DNA from: Mustelus asterias
Lineage: Eukaryota
Reading direction: 5' to 3'
NCBI RefSeq assembly: GCF_964213995.1
Contig: NW_027590578.1
Location: forward strand, 1 to 64,000
DNA length: 64,000 nt
Part shown: in pieces, positions 39,243 to 51,475 of the stretch
How the letters are laid out: each line of letters begins with the position of its first letter
Position numbering within the stretch: the first letter of the stretch is position 1
Translations under genes and position numbers: made by a program
The notes under the pieces: generated by a model
Told to the model about the DNA's origin: nothing
What the model saw: the letters and a program-made list of their open reading frames with translations, nothing else
Database searches by the model: none

Positions 39243-40802
39243 GTCTAGGTCACCAGAGGAACAGATTGCGAAATGATGAGACATGTCTTTATGGCGCAAT
39301 GCATGCAGTTAACCTCCAAATCTACTTCAGAGCAGCGGTAATGAAAGTTCTCAGATGTAGAGATCATGTAGCCAAAAATTACTGTTATATTATCTTCCAG
39401 GGCCGTTAACTGTGATTGCCCCAGCAATTCCTAGAACCAAACATTGGATGTGTCAAAGTCTGCTGTAGTTATGAATACTTGGATTGCTCAATAATAATTT
39501 CAACACAGACTCACCTCGTTAAAAAGGCTGTATTATCCGACAGTACCACGCACCACTTCCTGAATCAGTCGCTAATCAGCCATGCTAAACTCTCCCTCAG
39601 TGTACCCGAACAGGCGCCGGAGTGTGGCGACGAGGGGATTTCCACAGTAACTTCACTGCAGTGTTAATATAAGCTTACTTGCTACACTAATGAATAGACT
39701 GAAGCACTGAACTTCTGATCTAACCAATGACAGAAATCGACCAGCGGCAGCAATGTCTAGAAAAGCACAATGGTGTTAGAGTGAATTGCAGCAACCGGAA
39801 GCTGTGGCCGGGGACACCGCAGACTCAAAGCTGATGGAAGTGCGGAGTTCTCAGCGGCAGTCGCAGGTGATGGAGAGGAAACAGCGACAGCTGAACCTGC
39901 AGCAGTCTGTGACAACCTGCATCTGCTCACTGCTCAAGTGACTGAGAAAAAATAGTGACGGACGGGCGCGAATGGATCAGAAACAATTGACTCTCCCTGT
40001 GGCTCAATGAAAGATCTTTCCCAATTGCTCTTCTCACCCCCCATTCCACGAGTTGTTTTCCGTTCTCAAGGTCTGGCAATGCCTTTTTGAAATTTACTAT
40101 TGAATGCTCTTCCTTTATAGTTTGCGGCGCTCTACTCCAGATGGTAACAAATAGCAATGCAATGAATAACATTTATCGATCTCTGTCCACTTTTCTGTGA
40201 AAATGGGATGACTTGGTCGTTTATTTATCGAACAGGTGCATTGCTGCCTTTGTTCGTTCAAATGAACAGCGAACCGGTCTGAGAGACCTTGGGACCTATC
40301 TCAATGTCTGGCCCTCTACCACTTCATTAAATATCCCATAACTTACCCGGAATACTGCTCTGTCTAGATAGGTACAGAAAGCTTTCAGATATGGAGTGAC
40401 TGTCCCTTAGCACTCCTGACTGGTCTTCCAGAGCTTTCAACTCCGATGGAGTCTGGGAAACTCAATGTCTGTCACTCGTCCCTGCAGCCGAACTTAGAAT
40501 GTGTCACAGACTGGAATGGGATTTATCACAGGAAATAGACAAGGATCCTTTTAATATTGACTCAACGAATACTACGATTATTCCAATTTGGAAGCACCAT
40601 GGAACATGCGCTGCTCGGATGACATTTCCACAGAAAATAACCCAATTTAAATGTATTTTATCCGTTCTTTTTTAATTTTAAAGAGTAAACCCAAATCGGC
40701 AACAGGTCTCACTGATCGGGTGACTGTGGCGCGTATCCAAGGGAGAGAGTGATTAAAAACCCAGCTCTCTGCACAGGCTCCACTTTCTGGATGATCGCGG
40801 CA

Positions 40803-40841
40803 GGTTTTTGTACGGCCCTGTACGGTCTTTGCTAGACTGTG
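40803..40841 (-). other. 23-RSS of inverted V
   Basis: CACAGTC-23-ACAAAAACC on the minus strand. Confidence 0.93.
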
Positions 40842-41344
40842 CCTCCATCGCACAGAAATAGGTGGCGGTGTCTGTCAGCCGAGCTTCACTAACATTCAGA
40901 ACGCTGTGGTTCTCTGAGAAACTGTACTGAGCCGTGATCCTGCCCTGATCGCTGGTACCGCTCACCAGGTGCTGCACGGTTCTGTCTGGATTTTGTCTGT
41001 ACCATTGAAGGACCTTTCCAGCTCCTGTGTTTGAACAGTTCAACGATGCAGTGGCTCCCTCGGTAACAACCATTGACTCCGGAGACTGTGATAGCTCTTC
41101 ACTGCCAGCGGCACCTGGGAAGAATATGTACATTTGCAGTAAGAACATATCGTACTATAATGTAGCACAATAAAGTACCATTGTATTCACAATTCGAGAT
41201 GATATAATAAAGCTGAGTACAATTTAACAGAACATAACATTGCTGAGGTGTGAAATATTGCTGTCAGAAATAGTGACCACACTTACACTGAGGGAACAGT
41301 AAGGAATCCAGGAAAATAATCACCAAAGTGAAGCTCAGAAACAT
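40842..41344 (-). CDS. TRAV: Inverted TCR V segment, family B copy 1 (leader 41344-41287, V exon 41114-40842), short CDR2
   Basis: MFLSFTLVIIFLDSLLFPQ, phase-1 GTAAGT...CCAG, then AAGSEELSQSP..C..WYRQNP..DTATYFCAM. Confidence 0.9.
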
Positions 41345-41559
41345 GTTGGATCCTATCGGCTTGTGAGAAACAGCTGTCAGCAGATCCCAGGCTGAGAGAA
41401 GCTCCTGGGAAAGCAATGCGATTGGATATCAAACCGAGCCCCAAACCAGTCACAGAGTGGCGGTGAGAGCCGGGTCTCTGGGACTTGTGATCACAAAGTG
41501 AATCAGTGAGGGAGCTTCAGCATTGATAGTGCGGGGGAGGAGAGTGCGCATGCGACAGC

Positions 41560-41620
41560 GCATCCGGTATTGTGACGTCAGAACATCCGGCATTCTGACG
41601 TCAGAGCATCCGCGTCATTG
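41560..41620. promoter_or_regulatory. 23-bp CRE repeat, 2 TGACGTCA
   Basis: GAACATCCGGCATTCTGACGTCA unit, ~230 bp upstream of the V-B1 ATG. Confidence 0.7.
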
Positions 41621-41626
41621 TAACCT

Positions 41627-41950
41627 CATAGAATCATAGAATGCCTACAGTGCAGAAGGAGACCATTCGGCCCATTGAACCCGCACCGACCACAGCCCCA
41701 CCCAGGCCCTCTCCCCGTAACCTCACATCTTTACCCCGCGAATCCCCCTGACACGAGGGGGCAATTCAACATGGCCAGTCAACCCAACCCGCACATCTTT
41801 GGACTGAGGGAGGAAACCGGAGCACCCGGAGGAAACCCACGCAGACACGGGGAGAATGTGCAAACTCCAGACAGACAGTGACCCGAGGCTGGAATCGAAC
41901 CGGGGGCGCTGTGAGGCAGCTGTGCTAACCACTGTGGCACCGTGCCGCCC
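41627..41950 (-). mobile_element. HE1-like SINE inside the CRE-rich element (copies 51486-51809, 61308-61631)
   Basis: CATAGAATCATAGAATG...ACCGTGCCGCCC. Confidence 0.88.
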
Positions 41951-43175
41951 AACGTCAGACGTCAGAACATCGTGTATTGTGACGTCGGAATGCGGATATG
42001 TGTGGCGTCAGAATGTGTGACGTCACCCTGTAGCCCATGTGACGTCACTGTGAATTGCGAGTGACGCCAGTGGGTCTGGATTGTGGGTCAGAGACATTTC
42101 TCCTGGAGCTGATCTGAATATTCAGCCCTGAGTTGATGGGAATTAACAGCTGATCTGAAACATCTCTCCCGGAGCTGATGTGAATATCCAGCTGTGAGGT
42201 TGCGGAATTAAGATCTAATCAGAAGCAGGGAGGTCCTGCCTTCATGTGGGCCAGTGGTACAAGCAACACCGGGATCCACAGCCAAGGCTTATGAGAAAAA
42301 AGCTCTGTTTTGAAACAAATATAAGGAAGATTTTGCTAATACAGGTCTCCCAGTAGAATCTATCTGCCAGTTAAGCTTCCTTTTCTGCTTCCCATAAATT
42401 GTTTATTCCTTTAAAGCCAAGGTTTGATGTTCAGCTCAACTCCGGGAAAGTGTTTCCGCCGGCAGAACTTTGGAAAACACAAGCGTCTACTTTAGGAGGG
42501 GAGAGTGCAATGGAAAGATTAGATTAATTGATTACTCTCCGATTTGTTAAACTTGGAAGGTGGTCATCGGATCCCTACAGTGCAAAAGGAGGCCATTCGG
42601 CCCATCAAGTCTGCACCGACTCTTATCTAGGCCCTGCGGTGTTGAAAGAGATGGCGGAAGAAGAGATAATAGTAAGTTTTAGAAGGAAATGAGAGATAAG
42701 TTGAAAGCAGAAAAATGTCCGTGACTGTGAGAGATTCGAGGTTTGAAAGATGAATTGAAGAAATCTGTCAACTCTGAAATCTGTTAGGCAAAGATACCAT
42801 GGGCCGAGTGGCCACATCTCCTGCATTGATACGCTATGTTTCTATTTTGTTCATGTCCCTGGCCCCGTAATGCCCCTCCCTCTCTATTTCTTCTCAGTCA
42901 CTTGGATAGTGAGCAGGTGCAGAATGGTGACAGATTCCGGAGATGGAAGTCTCGCTATTTCTGTTCCGGGTGCAGCTGAAGCTGCCGCACACTCCACTCA
43001 ATATTTTGTCTACTGCATCCCCGCCCACGACTTCCGTTTTCTGCTCTCGTGATTGGACGGATTGCTGCCGCTGCTCCATTCCTCTCATTGGTTGGATCAG
43101 CAGTGCAGTGGAACAGTGTCTTTCTGTCTCTGACAGGATTTCACTCATTGCAGAGTTACAGACTCAGGAAGCATC

Positions 43176-43673
43176 ATGGTGAACTATCTCACTCCGATCC
43201 TCATCATTCTCTCACTTCTCAGTAAGCATTTTCTTCCCAGTAAAACTACAAGCTCCTCCTGACTGCTGTAACCCAGATATTCTTGTTGATAAAACAATAG
43301 TGATGATGATAATTGTATCGTTTAATCTGAGGCTAACTCTGATTGTCATATTGCTGTTGTTTCTGTTAGAATGGAGCCACCAAGACGAAGTGGAACAATT
43401 GGATCCTGGAATAAAGGTTAAAGAGGAAAATGATGTCACACTAACCTGCGCTTTGAAAACAAGCGATTCCAACCCTTATGTGTACTGGTACAGTCAGCAG
43501 CCCGGGAAAGCTCCAGTGTACATGTTTAAGCTGATTGGAGAGAATGTACAAAAGAATCCCGACCTCAATGATCGGTTTTCTTCCAAATTTGATAAAAAGA
43601 ACAAGACTAGCGAGCTAACGATCAGTAACACACTGATTTCCGACAGCGCCGGGTACTTCTGTGCCATGAAGCC
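43176..43673 (+). CDS. TRAV: TCR alpha/delta V segment, family C copy 1 (leader 43176-43221, V exon 43370-43673)
   Basis: MVNYLTPILIILSLL, phase-1 GTAAG...TTAG, then WSHQDEVEQ..C..WYSQQPGKAP..DSAGYFCAMK. Confidence 0.9.
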
Positions 43674-43713
43674 CACACTGCTGCAGAGATATAGCGAATC
43701 CCGTACAAAAACC
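43674..43713 (+). other. RSS with 24-bp spacer
   Basis: CACACTG-24-ACAAAAACC. Confidence 0.9.
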
Positions 43714-44030
43714 CCACACTGGCAGTTCCAGTTAGTTCCCAGCAGGGTGCGCGCGCACACACGCGGGTAATTCAATTTCCACAGAGAGAGTGACAGAGAT
43801 TCTTAACATTGCAACAAAAGACAACACTCAAAAACAGCAACTGGTGTGGTCCAGTTGCAGTTACATTAGTTAATGGTCGGAGCTTACATTTGCAATATCG
43901 ATCTGAGCTACTTCAACACTTTTTCTTTCGTTTTCGATGCCCTTCTCTGCCTATTTGTTGCAAACTGTCCATGTCTGCTGATTTATGGAAATTCTGCACA
44001 TTTCCTTTCAAGTCTTTAACATAAGCATTA

Positions 44031-45835
44031 AAGTTGTTGGAGAAGATTCTTAAAGATAGGATGTATGCGCATTTAGAAAGGAATATACTCATTAACGATA
44101 GTCAACATGGTTTTGTGAGAGGGAGGTCATGCCTCACTAACCTGGTGGTGTTTTTTGAAGAAGTGACGAAAATGGTTGACGAAGGAAGGGCCGTGGATGT
44201 TGTCTATATGGACTTTAGTAAAGCGTTTGACAAAGTCCCTCATGGTCGGCTAGTGAAAAAGGTTGGATCCCATGGGATAAAGGGGGAGGTGGCTAGATGG
44301 GTGGAGAACTGGCTTGGTCATAGAAGACAGAGGGTGGTAGTGGAAGGGTCTTTTTCCGGCTGGAGGCCTGTGACTAGTGGTGTACCGCAGGGCTCTGTAT
44401 TGGGACCTCTGCTGTTTGTGATTTATATAAATGATCTGGAAGAAGGAGTAACTGGGGTGATCAGTAAGTTTGCGGACGACACAAAACTGGCAGGACTTGC
44501 AGATAGTGAGGAACATTGTCAGAGGCTACAGAAGGATATAGATAGGCTGGAAATTTGGGCAAGGAAATGGCAGATGGAGTTCAATCCTGATAAATGCGAA
44601 GTGATGCATTTTGGTGGGAATAATGTAGGGAGGAGCTACACGATAAATGGAAGAACCATAAAGGGTGTAGAGACGCAGAGGGACCTGGGTGTGCAAGTCC
44701 ACAGATCTTTGAAGGTGACGTCACAGGTGGAGAAGGTGGTGAAGAAGGCATATGGCATGCTTGCCTTTATAGGACGGGGCATAGAGTATAAAAGTTGGGG
44801 TCTGATGTTGCAGATGTATAGAACGTTGGTTCGGCCGCATTTGGAATACTGCGTCCAGTTCTGGTCGCCACACGACCAGAAGGACGTGGAGGCTTTGGAG
44901 AGAGTACAGAGGAGGTTTACCAGGATGTTGCCTGGTATGGAGGGGCTTGGTTATGAGGAGAGATTGGGGAAACTGGGGTTGTTCTCCTTGGAAAGACGGA
45001 GGATGAGGGGAGACTTAATAGAGGTGTATAAAATTATGAAAGGCATAGATAGGGTGAACGGTGGGAAGCTTTTCCCCGGGTCGGTGGTGACGTTCACGAG
45101 GGGTCATAGGTTCAAGGTGAAGGGGGGGAGGTTTAACACGGATATCAGAAGGACATATTTCACACAGAGGGTCGTGGGGGCCTGGAATGTGTTGCCGGGC
45201 AAGGTGGTGGAGGCGGACACACTGGGAACGTTTAAGACTTATCTAGACAGCTATATGAACGGAGTGGGAATGGAGGGATACAAAAGAGTGGTCTAGTTTG
45301 GACCAGGGAGCGGCGCGGGCTAATTGTTCCTGGTTTCTCGTTTCAAGGCTTCATTCTATGATCATCTTGCTGGTGCCAGTACAGAGCGAGACTGCGGATA
45401 GTTGGGAACCTGTCTCGGGGGCAGGGAATTCATATGGTTTTCGTGGAAGTGGAAATGACTCGGGTTGGGAAGCATTTTCCGATCAGGGCCATTGTGATCT
45501 CCTGGACTCGTTTCGATCGCCTCAGGGGGTCGGAGAGGAATTTCCCAGATTTTTTTTTTCCCCATATTGGCCCTGGGGTTTTTCACTCTGGGTTTTCGCC
45601 TCTCCCTGGAGATCACATGGTCTGGAATGGGGGGGTGGGGGTGAGTTAATAGGTTGTAATGAACAAAGCATCGTAGCTGTGAGGGACAGCTCGGTGGATA
45701 GGATATTGGTATGTAGATAGGCTGGAAAATTGGGCGGGGATCCTGGATTCAGGATTCAATCCTGGACCGGGGAGCGGCGCGGGCTTGGAGGGCCGAAGGG
45801 CCTGTTCCTGTGCTGTATTGTTCTTTGTTGTTCTT
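44031..45835 (+). mobile_element. Young 5'-truncated CR1/HER1 LINE; open RT-to-C-terminus frame 44034-45296
   Basis: SQHGF..RSCLTNL..DFSKAFDKV..GVPQGSVLGP..FADD; ends GGGCCTGTTCCTGTGCTGTATTGTTCTTTGTT. Confidence 0.95.
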
Positions 45836-46785
45836 TTTCTGTTCCCTTGTACATTAAATCAGGACCTCTCCAATCCGGTTGCTCAGCTATTGGGTCCCAT
45901 TTTCAATCCACGTCACTGATGAGGATTTCGCTTTGTACTGAATCACTTACTAACCCGATACTCCTGGTGCAAGAATGCTGGTCCGCAGTGTGGAATGGAC
46001 ATTCAGCTGCCTCTCATATAGAGAGGCAAAGTTACAGAATTTCCAATTTGACATTGTTATTGAGTTCAGCTCCTTGCAGATAAATCCCAGCGGTCACCAC
46101 ACTGCCTATGGTAGCCCCACCCACAGTTTTCCTGTGCTGTTCGCACTCTGATATTTTATTGGAGATGTTGATCTTTGTTGCTTTTCCCTGTTTGGCACTG
46201 ATTGGATCAGCAGTCCAATGGGGAGACAAGCTATATTTCCACTCTGATAGAAGATTTGACAGGCTGCAAAATTACAAATTGAGAGAACATCATATGGAAA
46301 TATCTCAGACCATTCATTGTTCTGTCACTTCTTATGAGGTAGATGTTTTGACTAAAAAATCATCCTCCCCCGCACGATAGCTGATATCCCAAACATGATT
46401 AATAACAAACTGCTTGTTATGTTGCTGTGAGGATGGATATTGTCATTCTCCATGTCAGAACAGAGCCATCAGGACTCAGGGGAATGGTCGGTTCCTGAAA
46501 TGACGGTTGAAGGGGAAAGTAATCCCCTGTCGTGGGATGACCAAATTCACTTTGTTCCATTCGTCCCTCCGCCAATAGGATGAATTGCAGATAAAGGAAC
46601 TGTGAGGTCATTGGTTGAACTGAAGAACATAGGAGGTTGAATCCGATTGGATGTCATCTGATGACGTTTTCAATGGTAAACCAATCAACAGGTAGCCGGA
46701 TATGACTCACCCTTTTCCCAACTCTTGACCGACACAAATTCAGCTTCAACCCGTTCTGGTCAAATTCGCTGCGAGCTCTGCAAAC

Positions 46786-47660
46786 ATGTGTCTTGTTACT
46801 CTGTATTTATTCCTCACAGCGGCAGCTCTGTTAATCGGTAAGTTCACAAGTTGCTCACTCTGTGTTACACACCATTACCACACACTATATTCTGTCGGGC
46901 GGTTCGCTCAATGCAAGGGGGTTGATCAGGGAATGGATTGATCACAACATCGAAAAGTTATTTGGATCTCTCTGGTCTCAACACTGAACACTGTTGGGAT
47001 TCGGCACATTTCCCCCAGGGATTGATAGAGAATGAGTTGGGCTCAGATTCCAGCTCCTCTGATACCAGTGAACCACTTTGGCAAACATCACATTTCAAAC
47101 AGACCGTGAGCAGTTTCCAGTTACAGGGACTGAAGACGAGGAACTGATCTCGTTAGAAAGAAGAGAATGTTTATGGTGGAAGTTTTATTTAATCGCCACA
47201 AACGTCTTCCCATTCCAGCCACTGAACTGTGAAAAATATGTTTCTGTTTTGCTCTCTGATTTCTCCCTGAGATTATTTTTGCCGATAACGGGCAATATCT
47301 GGGAAAACTGAGATAAATTGCAATGCTTAATTTAATATTTCTTTGGACTCTTCCAGGACATTCCCGAGGAGATTCTGTTTCACAGACAGCGGCTGCAGTC
47401 ACCGTCACTGAAGGAGATGATGTTCGGTTGCTCTGTAATTACACAGCTACAGACATCAACCCTTATCTATTCTGGTACCGTCAGTATCCCAGTGGATCCA
47501 TGGAATATCTGCTGCAGACAAATAAATACACCGGGAACACAGGGAGATCCAAAGGGGACCGTTTTTCAGCAGAACTCAATGATACAACCCGCACAGTCCC
47601 TCTGAAAGTGTCTGAAACAGAGCTGGCAGACTCCGGGGTGTATTACTGCGCACTGAGACC
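46786..47660 (+). CDS. TRAV: TCR alpha/delta V segment, family D copy 1 (leader 46786-46837, V exon 47357-47660)
   Basis: MCLVTLYLFLTAAALLI, phase-1 GTAAGT...CCAG, then HSRGDSVSQ..C..WYRQYP..DSGVYYCALR. Confidence 0.92.
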
Positions 47661-47699
47661 CACAGAGACACAGAGCTGGGCTGAACCTCTACAAAAACT
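47661..47699 (+). other. 23-RSS
   Basis: CACAGAG-23-ACAAAAACT. Confidence 0.92.
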
Positions 47700-50592
47700 G
47701 CCAGAGCCTCACTCAACATAACAGAGCGTTAGGCAAACATTGTGATCAGAGTGAGTCTGATGTGGAACCTGAAATCGTGCTGGTATCTCAAACTTTTAAT
47801 TCTAATATATACATATGTATTATTTATAAATATATTACTAAACAAAAACAATGGGGGCAGCTTAGGGAATGAACATTTGACTATTTATAGAGTTTGATGT
47901 CCCAAAGTGTTTCCCTGTCACTGTACAAAACACAGCAGCCAATTTGGACTCAGTGTGACGTTTCATTCAGTAATATTGTAGTGTTCTGTCTGTTTCAGGA
48001 ATTGTGATTGGTGAACAGATATCAAACAGGACATTTCTCTGGTCTTCTTGGAAACAGTGACCATGTGATGTATCACCTCCAGCTGAGAGGCAACACGGTG
48101 CCCCCGATTGAACAGGTCACCGAGAGGCTGGCAGCTCTGACTGTGCACCGTTCCCTGAGCACTGCACTGTCTCCTCGGTAAGTTCCCGGATTCTTATTCC
48201 TGCCAGACTGCCTGTGTCCTCTGGAGCGGAAAGAATATCTGAACCGACTGGAGACAGAATCCGGGAAATCCTAGGAGGTGGTGGCCACTCATTAACCCAA
48301 TCCGGGAAAGAAACGGATTTAAATTAAAAAATGAAATTAAAAATAAACTTTTCTGGCCGTGGAAATATGAAGACAATGAATTTAATCTCCAGAAAGATAT
48401 TTCAGTCGAAAACAGAAAGAAATATTTTTATGGATGCCTTTTACAGACTTCAGATGTCCAAAAGCGCTTTTTAACCCAAGGAAACTCATGTCCAGTGTCG
48501 CCGCTGTGGTGATGGCAGAAACTTTATTAACACAGAAAACAGTGGGAATGTTTAATTCTCTGTCAGACAGGGTTGCCACACTGATCCAGGAATAAAGAGA
48601 TTGCGGAGTCCAGGTATTTGAAGGTTACTTTGAACTCTCTCACACACAGGGACACACGCACACACTCTCCCTCTGTCTCTCGATGCAAAATCTCTGTCAG
48701 AGAGTGTGGCAAAACCTGTGCAAAATCTCACTAGCTGTCCTGTCTGGAGACAATACACATCTGTTTAACCTGTGCTTAATGCTCCCTCCACTCACATTGT
48801 CTGTACCTTTAAGACTTGATTAGTTGTAAAGACTCACATTCCAATCATTATTCATGTAAATTGAGTTTGTGTCTTTGTGCACTGTTTGTGATCAGAACTC
48901 CCACTCACCTGACGAAGGGGCAGCGCTCCTTTGGTTTTTGCTACCAAATAAACCTGTTGGACTTTAACCTGGTGTTGTGAGACTTCTTACTGTGTTTACC
49001 CCAGTCCAACGCCGGCATCTCCACATCTTGTCTAGGTCACCAGAGGAACAGATTGCGAAATGATGAGACATATCTTTATGGCGCAATGCATGCAGTTAAC
49101 CTCCAAATCTACTTCAGAGCAGCGGTAATGAAAGTTCTCAGATGTAGAGATCATGTAGCCAAAAATTACTGTTATATCATCTTCCAGGGCCGTTAACTGT
49201 GATTGCCCCAGCAATTCCTAGAACCAAACATTGGATGTGTCAAAGTCTGCTGTAGTTATGAATACTTGGATTGCTCAATAATAATTTCAACACAGACTCA
49301 CCTCGTTAAAAAGGCTGTATTATCCGACAGTACCACGCACCACTTCCTGAATCAGTCGCTAATCAGCCATGCTAAACTCTCCCTCAGTGTACCCGAACAG
49401 GCGCCGGAGTGTGGCGACGAGGGGATTTCCACAGTAACTTCACTGCAGTGTTAATATAAGCTTACTTGCTACACTAATGAATAGACTGAAGCACTGAACT
49501 TCTGATCTAACCAATGACAGAAATCGACCAGCGGCAGCAATGTCTAGAAAAGCACAATGGTGTTAGAATGAATAGCAGCAACCGGAAGCTGTGGCCGGGG
49601 TCACCGCAGACTCAAAGCTGATGGAAGTGCGGAGTTCTCAGCGGCAGTCGCAGGTGATGGAGAGGAAACAGCGACAGCTGAAACCTGCAGCAGTCTGTGA
49701 CAACCTGCATCTGCTCACTGCTCAAGTGACTGAGAAAAAATAGTGTCGGGCGGGCGCGAATGGATCAGAAACAATTGACTCTCCCTGTGGCTCAATGAAA
49801 GACCTTTCCCAATTGCTCTTCTCACCCCTCATTCCACGGGTTGTTTTCCGTTCTCAAGGTCTGACAATGCCTTTTTGAAATTTACTATTGAATGCTCTTC
49901 CTTTATAGTTTGCGGCGCTCTACTCCAGATGGTAACAAATATCAATGCAATGAATAACATTTATCGATCCCTGTCCACTTTTCTGTGAAAATGGGATGAC
50001 TTGGTCGTTTATTTATCGAACAGGTTCATTGCTGCCTTTGTTCGTTCAAATGAACAGCGAACCGGTCTGAGAGACCTTGGGACCTCTCTCAATGTCTGGC
50101 CCTCTACCACTTCATTAAATATCCCATAACTTACCCGGAATACTGCTCTGTCTAGATAGGCACAGAAAGCTTTCAGATATGGAGTGACTGTCCCTTAGCA
50201 CTCCTGACTGGTCTTCCAGAGCTTTCAACTCCGATGGAGTCTGGGAAACTCAATGTCTGTCACTCGTCCCTGCAGCCGAACTTAGAATGTGTCACAGACT
50301 GGAATGGGATTTATCACAGGAAATAGACAAGGATCCTTTTAATATTGACTCACGGAATACCACGATTATTCCAATTTGGAAGCACCATGGAACATGCGCT
50401 GCCCGGATGACATTTCCACAGAAAATAACCCAATTTAAATGTATTTTATCCGTTCTTTTTTGATTTTAAAGAGTAAACCCAAATCGGCAACAGGTCTCAC
50501 TGATCGGGTGACTGTGGCGCGTATCCAAGGGAGAGAGTGATTAAAAGTCCAGCTCTCTAAACAGGCTGTACACGTTCCGGGTGATCGCGGCA

Positions 50593-50631
50593 GGTTTTTG
50601 TACGGCCCTGTACGGTCTTTGCTAGACTGTG
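50593..50631 (-). other. 23-RSS of inverted V
   Basis: CACAGTC-23-ACAAAAACC. Confidence 0.93.
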
Positions 50632-51134
50632 CCTCCATCGCACAGAAATAGGTGGCGGTGTCTGTCAGCCGAGCTTCACTAACATTCAGAACGCTGTGGT
50701 TCTCTGAGAAACTGTACTGAGCCGTGATCCTGCCCTGATCGCTGGTACCGCTCACCAGGTGCTGCACGGTTCTGTCTGGATTTTGTCTGTACCATTGAAG
50801 GAGCTGTCCAGTTACTGTGGTTGAACAGTTCAACGATGCAGTGGCTCCCTCGGTAACAACCACTGACTCCGGAGACTGTGATAGCTCTTCACTGCCAGCG
50901 GCATCTGGGAAGAATATGTACATTTGCAGTAAGAACATATCGTACTATAATGTAGCACAATAAAGTACCATTGTATTCACAATTCGAGATGACACAATAA
51001 AGCTGAGTACAATTTAACAGAACATAACATTGCTGAGGTGTGAAATATTGCTGTCAGAAATAGTGACCACACTTACACTGAGGGAACAGTAAGGAATCCA
51101 GGAAAATAATCACCAAAGTGAAGCTCAGAAACAT
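50632..51134 (-). CDS. TRAV: Inverted TCR V segment, family B copy 2 (leader 51134-51077, V exon 50904-50632)
   Basis: Same architecture as copy 1; CDR1 STTVTGQLLQ. Confidence 0.9.
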
Positions 51135-51347
51135 GTTGGATCCTATCGGCTTGTGTGAAACAGCTGTCAGCAGATCCCAGGCTGAGAGAAGCTCCTGGGA
51201 AAGCAATGCTATTGGATATCAAACCGAGCCCCAAACCAGTCACAGAGTGTCGGTGAGAGCCGGGTCTCTGGGACTTGTGATCACAAAGTGAATCAGTGAG
51301 GGAGCTTCAGCATTGATAGTGCGGGGGAGGAGAGTGCGCATGCGACA

Positions 51348-51475
51348 GAACATCCGGTATTGTGACGTCAGAACATCCGGCATTCTGACGTCAGAACATC
51401 CGGCATTCTGACGTCAGAACATCCGGCATTCTGACGTCAGAACATCCGGCATTCTGACGTCAGAGCATCCGCGGC
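51348..51475. promoter_or_regulatory. 23-bp CRE repeat, 5 TGACGTCA
   Basis: TGACGTCA at 51363, 51386, 51409, 51432 and 51455. Confidence 0.8.

Larger units (their letters stand above)
38119..47906 (+). repeat. ~9.8-kb tandem V cassette, unit 1
   Basis: GTGTTTCCCTGTCACTGT recurs at 38119, 47907 and 57770; ORF order is identical. Confidence 0.95.

Noticed and set aside
43300-43770. ORF-track starts and tails for V genes (e.g. MMMIIVSF..., ...RAHTRG)
   Set aside because: These read through intron and RSS; true starts are in the separate leader exons
44034-45296. Domesticated RT linked to V diversification
   Set aside because: Ordinary 5'-truncated CR1 with no endonuclease domain and a non-ATG ORF start; the second copy arises from cassette duplication
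47661-50631. V-to-V joining between facing RSS of V-D and inverted V-B
   Set aside because: Both are 23-RSS, so the 12/23 rule disfavours it; the second CACAGAG at 47669 gives a 15-bp spacer, not 12
50790-50825. Somatic hypermutation as the source of CDR differences
   Set aside because: Shark TCR alpha can hypermutate, but these are unrearranged segments in a consensus assembly and several variants are shared between copies
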